Positions 35,392-40,612 of a stretch of DNA of 40,612 nt are shown in pieces. The notes beneath the pieces are model-generated. The model saw only the letters and a program-made list of their open reading frames with translations, made no database searches and was not told the origin of the DNA. The stretch is from a virus (lineage: Duplodnaviria; Caudoviricetes). The stretch lies in IMG/VR virus record IMGVR_UViG_3300037484_000335, positions 1 through 40,612 of that record. One strand, given 5' to 3'. Made by a program: the position numbers and the translations under genes. The first letter of the stretch is position 1; the number at the start of each line of letters is the position of its first letter.

Positions 35392-36063
35392 ATGAAGAAA
35401 GAGCATCTTCTCATTGAGATGATCGGCGAGTACCGTAAGGAGTACATCCCCGTGCATCAGGTATTCAGTAAGAATGCCATCAGCATTTTCTACACAGGTG
35501 CTGAGATTACAGGAACGGCAGAAGTGAAGGCGAATAGCCTGGAACTGGCTGCGCCTGCTCTGACGGTGGTTGAAACGATTGATCTGACGGCTGGGGCAAC
35601 AAACACCCTCCAGGAAGTCGTGGATGCTATCAATGCCTTGGATGACTGGGCGGCTGTCCTTGGGGATCAGTTTGAGGGGTCCGAAGCGTCTGCGAGCCTT
35701 GCAGTGATTGCGGCTGCCGACGTAAAGACTGCGGCGGTATGGTTCGCACAGGACACGAATCTCCAGATCAAGATTGTGATTCCTGGTGTTACAGGGAAAC
35801 GAATCACCATCAATCAAGTAGTGGGTAAGTCCACTTATAGCAGTGGCACTTCCGCTATCCAGGTCTACAAGGGGAACACGCTGGTGTGGGAAGAAGAGGG
35901 GGGTGCAACTACGGCCGAGAAAACAGCCACGTTCGAGAAAGTCACAGTGGACCCCGGAGTGACAGCCACTATCAAGATCCTGAACTCGGCGGTAATGACG
36001 GCTGGCGCTCTTTCTGTCAGTTACGAGAAGCGGGACTTTGACGTGGTTCCGTTGTCTGTATAG
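35392..36063 (+). CDS. Putative virion structural protein
   Basis: Ala/Thr/Val-rich beta protein within the head-neck module. Confidence 0.55.
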   Translation: MKKEHLLIEMIGEYRKEYIPVHQVFSKNAISIFYTGAEITGTAEVKANSLELAAPALTVVETIDLTAGATNTLQEVVDAINALDDWAAVLGDQFEGSEASASLAVIAAADVKTAAVWFAQDTNLQIKIVIPGVTGKRITINQVVGKSTYSSGTSAIQVYKGNTLVWEEEGGATTAEKTATFEKVTVDPGVTATIKILNSAVMTAGALSVSYEKRDFDVVPLSV

Positions 36064-36070
36064 GTGAGGT

Positions 36071-36526
36071 ATGGCATTTAGTTTTCTTCTGACTGGCTGG
36101 CAGGATTCGGTTCGCAGGGCTTCCGGTGATGTGTCCTCGACAGATATATCCGATGCCTTGCTTGCCGATGATATCTATGCCGTGGAGTCTGAGGACTTCG
36201 TTAAACAGAAGATCACGGATTGGGCAAGCCTTCTGCCAGCCAAAGCCTCAGAGCTTCACAGGGCCACGGTTTTTCACCTGGCGGCGAAGGTTTGCGCTTT
36301 GCTGGCGAAGAAACAACCGAAACGTGTAACTACCGCGGGTGGCTATTATACCCGCGAGCTTCAGCAGATAGACTGGGAGCAGGAGGAAAGGAAAAACCTG
36401 AACTTCTGCTATCAGCAAATGGACTTGGCAAAACCGGGCGTGATGCAGACTGTCACGGTCATTGTGATTTCTGCCCCGTCAACCCCGATGTTCACGGAAC
36501 TGGACGAATTATTCGAAGATGAGTAG
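36071..36526 (+). CDS. Putative head-tail adaptor
   Basis: Synteny and size; helical. Confidence 0.55.
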   Translation: MAFSFLLTGWQDSVRRASGDVSSTDISDALLADDIYAVESEDFVKQKITDWASLLPAKASELHRATVFHLAAKVCALLAKKQPKRVTTAGGYYTRELQQIDWEQEERKNLNFCYQQMDLAKPGVMQTVTVIVISAPSTPMFTELDELFEDE

Positions 36527-37133
36527 CCAAAGCGATTTTGTAACAGCAGTACAAACTACGGGGCAGACCATTACGATCTATCGTAATGCCGGGAACATCA
36601 CAGAGAAGGCTATGATAGTTCCAAATCGTAGTCTGAATCCATTTATCTCAGAATCGGTGAAGGAAGCACTTTTTGTCTGGAACTCGGAGATTGTTGATGG
36701 GGACATCTTTCAGGACACATTAACATTGGAAAGGTACATCGTCTTGAACGTCAATTTCCTGGCTGATGGTCAATTGAAGGTCGGGCAAAAGGCACTGCTC
36801 TACAAGGTAAACGATACGGCCGTACTTTATGAACTCGTAGAAAGCGCGGCAGTAAACGAATACGGCAAGAAAAACTATGTCTCCTATGTCCGGCTAAGTG
36901 ATTACGTGAATGTTTCGACTCTGACAAAGGGCGATAATCTGACCCCTGTCGGAGATGTGTCGTTTAAGACGAAGCTGATGACATTTTCAGGCCGGAATTT
37001 ACAGGGCTACATTCCAAAGGAAGGGAATCGGATGGTGTTATCAGATGGAACGCTCTGGCAGATCGACGGTTTGGATAAGCATAAGTTTCAGGGTTGTTAC
37101 GAGGCCCTTTGTTCGGTGGATGTGAGAGTATGA
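36519..37133 (+). CDS. Putative head closure protein
   Basis: Synteny. Confidence 0.5.
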   Translation: MSSQSDFVTAVQTTGQTITIYRNAGNITEKAMIVPNRSLNPFISESVKEALFVWNSEIVDGDIFQDTLTLERYIVLNVNFLADGQLKVGQKALLYKVNDTAVLYELVESAAVNEYGKKNYVSYVRLSDYVNVSTLTKGDNLTPVGDVSFKTKLMTFSGRNLQGYIPKEGNRMVLSDGTLWQIDGLDKHKFQGCYEALCSVDVRV

Positions 37134-37669
37134 TTGAGATCGACATCAAGTTAGAGCCTGGGGCGGTCAACAAGATATCCGAGAGGATCGTCAAGATTAA
37201 GGCCGCGCTCGAAGCACAGAGCGCCAGCGCTCTCAAAAATACCGGAGAGATTTACTACGAGATCGTGGTATCCCACATGGGCGAATCTCAGGGCGGTGAG
37301 TTGGTGTTTAGCGATACCTACTGGCAGGAACTGAGCGACGTGTGGTTGCAGGAAAAGCGTGAGCAGGGTTGGGTTCAAGAGGTTTGGGAAGCAACTGGCG
37401 AGACAAAGGGCGCTGTTCGTGTCTTCGGGGTCGAGAAGACGGCAGGGGGTTGGAGTGTCTTTGTCGGACTGAAGGATGTGGATCAAGGGATACTTCAGAA
37501 GGCTCTGGAAAACGAATTCGGCGTTGCGAGTCCGAACAGGAACGTGCCGGCGCGTCCCCTCTTTGAACCAGCCAAAAGAGAGTTGGCTTATAACGATGCG
37601 TACAGGGACAGGATCGTTGACGTTTTCAAAAAGGCTACGACGGTAGCCATGACGAAAATCTGGAAGTAG
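37130..37669 (+). CDS. Neck/tail completion protein (HK97 gp10-like)
   Basis: NEFG...VPARPLFEPA motif. Confidence 0.7.
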   Translation: MIEIDIKLEPGAVNKISERIVKIKAALEAQSASALKNTGEIYYEIVVSHMGESQGGELVFSDTYWQELSDVWLQEKREQGWVQEVWEATGETKGAVRVFGVEKTAGGWSVFVGLKDVDQGILQKALENEFGVASPNRNVPARPLFEPAKRELAYNDAYRDRIVDVFKKATTVAMTKIWK

Positions 37670-37670
37670 G

Positions 37671-38120
37671 ATGGCGACAATACGCACGATAACCAACCTC
37701 TTTTGGTCGTTCCGAAAGTATCTGTATACCAGCGGTTACGGGACTCCTACGGGTGTTCCGACGTATTACAACCCGACAATGCGACCAAGCAATGTCGCGG
37801 ATAGGTTCTTGATCGTCATGCTTCAGGATGAGAGACCAGGAAAGATGACCCATTCTTTTCCACGGATTTACTGTGTGTCGAAGAATGACCCTGAGAGTGT
37901 GGAGTTGATCAAGTTGGTCAGTGGGGTAGTAGACAAGTTTGACCATCCTTCGACGGGGAAAAGGTATCTGAATTTCTATAACGAAGCAACCGGGGCGGTG
38001 GTAGGGAAGATTGAGGTAGTGAGATTGCGGGTAAGACCAGTGCTGCCCTATGAACCCGGATTCATTCACCGTGCCGTGGATTTGGAGTTGCAGTACGAAG
38101 TGCAGGAAAGGCACCTGTGA
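37671..38120 (+). CDS. Putative tail terminator
   Basis: Synteny before the tail tube; size. Confidence 0.55.
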   Translation: MATIRTITNLFWSFRKYLYTSGYGTPTGVPTYYNPTMRPSNVADRFLIVMLQDERPGKMTHSFPRIYCVSKNDPESVELIKLVSGVVDKFDHPSTGKRYLNFYNEATGAVVGKIEVVRLRVRPVLPYEPGFIHRAVDLELQYEVQERHL

Positions 38121-38314
38121 TAGATCCAGAGGTTGAACGACAGATCGGATGTGTCGTGAATCGATTACGGCAAATCAGTGAGATGCGCGTGAAGGGGCAT
38201 ATCGTGGTTCATCTGGATGGATCAGGTGCGATTGGTAAACACATCGAAACTCATTTGGTTGAATGGAGAGATAAGTATTCTCCCGAGAAAGTCGGCATTC
38301 AGATTGATGAGTAA
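38117..38314 (+). CDS. Hypothetical protein
   Basis: GTGA coupling. Confidence 0.45.
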   Translation: MIDPEVERQIGCVVNRLRQISEMRVKGHIVVHLDGSGAIGKHIETHLVEWRDKYSPEKVGIQIDE

Positions 38315-38343
38315 GAATAACACGTAACAGGAGGTTATAGCAA

Positions 38344-39414
38344 ATGTATTCCTTCGAACAGCCCGAACTTTATAGTGACTACATCGTCGTCAGTTCACCT
38401 CGAATCTTTATCCGGGATCACGCGACCACATTTAAATACAGCGGTCAGCAGCTCCTGGCGGTGTCAACACCCTTGAGTGGCTGGGCCGACGTTGGCTTGA
38501 TCAGTAACGTGCAGATCCCGGTCACACGAAACATCACCAAGTTGCAGCTTGGTATTCCCAAGACGACTCGTAAATCCTTTGAGGCGTCCAGGGAAGCACA
38601 GGTTACTCTGACCTTTCATGAAATGGCCTTGGAGGCTATTTCAACTCTTATGGGCGTTACACAGAAGAATGTCATGTCCATGGGAGCAATCACCAGTCAG
38701 GCCAACACGGGAGATGCCATTACTACTATGGCGGCTTCTGATGCCAACAAGTTCGTTGTTGGAGACAAGGTGACGTTCTGGGATGTTTCTGGCGATGCCC
38801 TTGTCGGTGTAGAGGAGGTCAAGTCTGTCAGTTATGCGGCGGGTACAGTGACGGTTGACGGTACATGGGCGGTCCCTCCAGAGGCGGCAGACATCCTGAT
38901 CGCCAAGGCAGGCACGGTGGCTTCCTACAGTGCAGGCAACAAGACCATTACGCTCGGTGCTGGTGAGGCTAACCGCTTTGCGGCTGGCGACAGGCTTGTG
39001 TTTCACACGGTGGTCGGGGACAACCTGAGTGCATTTTTGAGCAAGACGGATCGGGTTTATGTCGTGTCTGTGGATTCAGGTGGTGCCATTCTCAACCTGA
39101 GTGCGGCATTTACCGGTACGCCTGTGAGTGGTGATGTCCTGGCCGCATACAAGTCCGTCGAGATGCTTGACCCTCTCGGAACCATCGCAGAGAAGTCTTT
39201 GCTCGTGTTCTTCGACTGGGTTGTGAACAGTGTGCAGAGACAGGTTGCCATCTGGTATCCGAAGGTGACGGTTGCGGGGTCTTTTGCTCCGGACTTCAAG
39301 GGTGGTGAGAACTTCATGGATGCGAATGTGACCTTTGAGGTGCAGTCAACCTCTCAGGTGATGACGGACGGGACCACATCGACTGTTTTGCAAATCCCGT
39401 TCATGTTCAATTAA
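38344..39414 (+). CDS. Major tail (tube) protein with internal duplicated domain
   Basis: Tube-like N- and C-terminal beta segments; upstream of the chaperone and tape measure; strong RBS. Confidence 0.75.
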   Translation: MYSFEQPELYSDYIVVSSPRIFIRDHATTFKYSGQQLLAVSTPLSGWADVGLISNVQIPVTRNITKLQLGIPKTTRKSFEASREAQVTLTFHEMALEAISTLMGVTQKNVMSMGAITSQANTGDAITTMAASDANKFVVGDKVTFWDVSGDALVGVEEVKSVSYAAGTVTVDGTWAVPPEAADILIAKAGTVASYSAGNKTITLGAGEANRFAAGDRLVFHTVVGDNLSAFLSKTDRVYVVSVDSGGAILNLSAAFTGTPVSGDVLAAYKSVEMLDPLGTIAEKSLLVFFDWVVNSVQRQVAIWYPKVTVAGSFAPDFKGGENFMDANVTFEVQSTSQVMTDGTTSTVLQIPFMFN

Positions 39415-39493
39415 GCAGTAAATCAAGTGCTTCGCATGGATAGGGTTACGTGATCGAATAGGGTGGAAACCGATCACAGCCTAAATCCTGGAC

Positions 39494-39528
39494 GGGGAGA
39501 TGAGCAGATCGTCTCCCCATTTTTATTT
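39494..39528 (+). terminator. Intrinsic terminator after the tail tube gene
   Basis: GGGGAGATGA/TCGTCTCCCC stem followed by ATTTTTATTT. Confidence 0.7.
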
Positions 39529-39560
39529 CTACCTGATCCTTCACCAAGGAGGGAAATTCA

Positions 39561-40025
39561 ATGTCGGATGAAACCATTGAAAGACCGACCCGGGAACAGA
39601 TTGATGAGGTCGTGGACCCTACGCTTTCCAGAGATTCTTTTAGCGTTGGGGACCAGAAGTTCCCTATTCAGATTCTTCCTTACAGCGTTGAAAAGAAAGT
39701 CCTGCTCGCGCTGAACCCCCTGTTAAGGTCGCTCGGAGAGTCCAAGCCACAATCCGTGTGGGACCTGGTGTCTTCGCTGAACGGGGAAACCCTGTCCCAG
39801 TATGGCGACGTGTTGATGGACGTGGTTGGCATCATCTGCCGATACCATAGTCCTAAAGTGTCCCCGGACTTCATTATCGAGAACCTGTGCGTGGCTGATG
39901 CAATCAAGATCGTCCTCGAACAGTTCCAGAAGAACAAATTGGGGGACATTGTAAGCCATTTTTTCTTAGCAGTCGCAAAGATGATGCCCATGCTTCAAAA
40001 ATCCCAGCCGAACTCAGGGAATTAG
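39561..40025 (+). CDS. Tail assembly chaperone (G)
   Basis: Synteny; slippery site near the 3' end. Confidence 0.75.
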   Translation: MSDETIERPTREQIDEVVDPTLSRDSFSVGDQKFPIQILPYSVEKKVLLALNPLLRSLGESKPQSVWDLVSSLNGETLSQYGDVLMDVVGIICRYHSPKVSPDFIIENLCVADAIKIVLEQFQKNKLGDIVSHFFLAVAKMMPMLQKSQPNSGN

Positions 40026-40264
40026 CAATCCTTGATTCGGTGGCGGAGAAGTACGGTAAGACTTTGCGACAGGTTCAGGACGAGTACAGTATGGCTCTGA
40101 TTTCCCTGATCTCCCATGTGAGCGTTTTAAAGGGCGAAGATGAGAACGACAGGATGGACAGGGATAGGAAAGATAGGGAACGGCATGGCGGTAAACCGAA
40201 GCGGGTTCTGAACTCTAACAATGAGCAAGCCGCCGCGATGATATTAGCGGGAATTCTTGGGTAA
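39561..40264 (+). CDS. Tail assembly chaperone GT via -1 frameshift
   Basis: T TTT TTC at 39959-39965; the -1 frame is open through to the stop at 40264. Confidence 0.7.
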
Positions 40265-40267
40265 AGA

Positions 40268-40612
40268 ATGGCAAACGAAGTAACCATAGAAAGTCTTGGA
40301 ATACAATTCGTTTCGAAGATTTCCCCGGACTTCGGGCAGAATGTTATCAAGACTATCCAGACCTTCGAAGAGAAGTTTAAGCCGACGATTAACCACGTCA
40401 ATGCCCTGTTCAAGAATCTCTCCGTAACTATTAGTGCCTTCTATACCTCTCTTTCTCAAACGCCGGTCTTTGACCTCGGAAAAGTGATTCAGACGGACGC
40501 CTTAACATCGAAGATGTCTGGGGCATTCAAGGGGATTCGGAAGCAGACAAGGGAAGAGTTCGAGGGGTTGACCTCTGATGTGACCTCCCAGCTCGATAAA
40601 CTGAGTAAGAAA
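40268..40612 (+). CDS. Tape measure protein (partial)
   Basis: MANEVTIESLGIQFVSK..., open to the window end, directly after the chaperone genes. Confidence 0.7.
   Translation, partial: MANEVTIESLGIQFVSKISPDFGQNVIKTIQTFEEKFKPTINHVNALFKNLSVTISAFYTSLSQTPVFDLGKVIQTDALTSKMSGAFKGIRKQTREEFEGLTSDVTSQLDKLSKK

Noticed and set aside
2785-39317. Numerous antisense ORFs in the track (e.g. 2785-3270, 4343-4915, 32395-32979, 37151-37696)
   Set aside because: Shadow ORFs opposite well-supported genes, with no motifs or RBS

Overview
A 40.6 kb segment of a temperate siphovirus-like phage or prophage (~50% GC). No host housekeeping genes are visible. The host is probably a diderm bacterium with sigma54 and IHF, e.g. 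Desulfobacterota, Nitrospirota or Acidobacteriota (inference only). Left part (1-12.9 kb, almost all minus strand): DUF1064 nuclease, a divergent XRE repressor, an SLH-domain secreted protein, a tyrosine recombinase, a DarB-like N6-MTase/SNF2 helicase fusion, DUF2786, DUF932 and many tiny early ORFs. A ~900 bp non-coding control region (12.87-13.85 kb) holds a leftward sigma54 (-24/-12) promoter with IHF sites, a dense run of short tandem and palindromic motifs, and a rightward sigma70 promoter. Right part (plus strand): acyl carrier protein, replication initiator with internal iterons, a two-subunit C5 MTase whose second subunit is nested in another frame, RNA ligase, DnaB, SSB, dATP/dGTP diphosphohydrolase, secreted protease, GpA-type terminase, phosphoesterase, N4/N6 MTase, portal, protease/scaffold, capsid, neck, tail tube, frameshifted tail chaperone and the start of the tape measure. 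A TTNAC-N5-GTNAA palindrome recurs at every promoter identified. Three intergenic segments look like structured RNAs, one of them tRNA-like. All calls come from motif recognition by eye; no searches were run.
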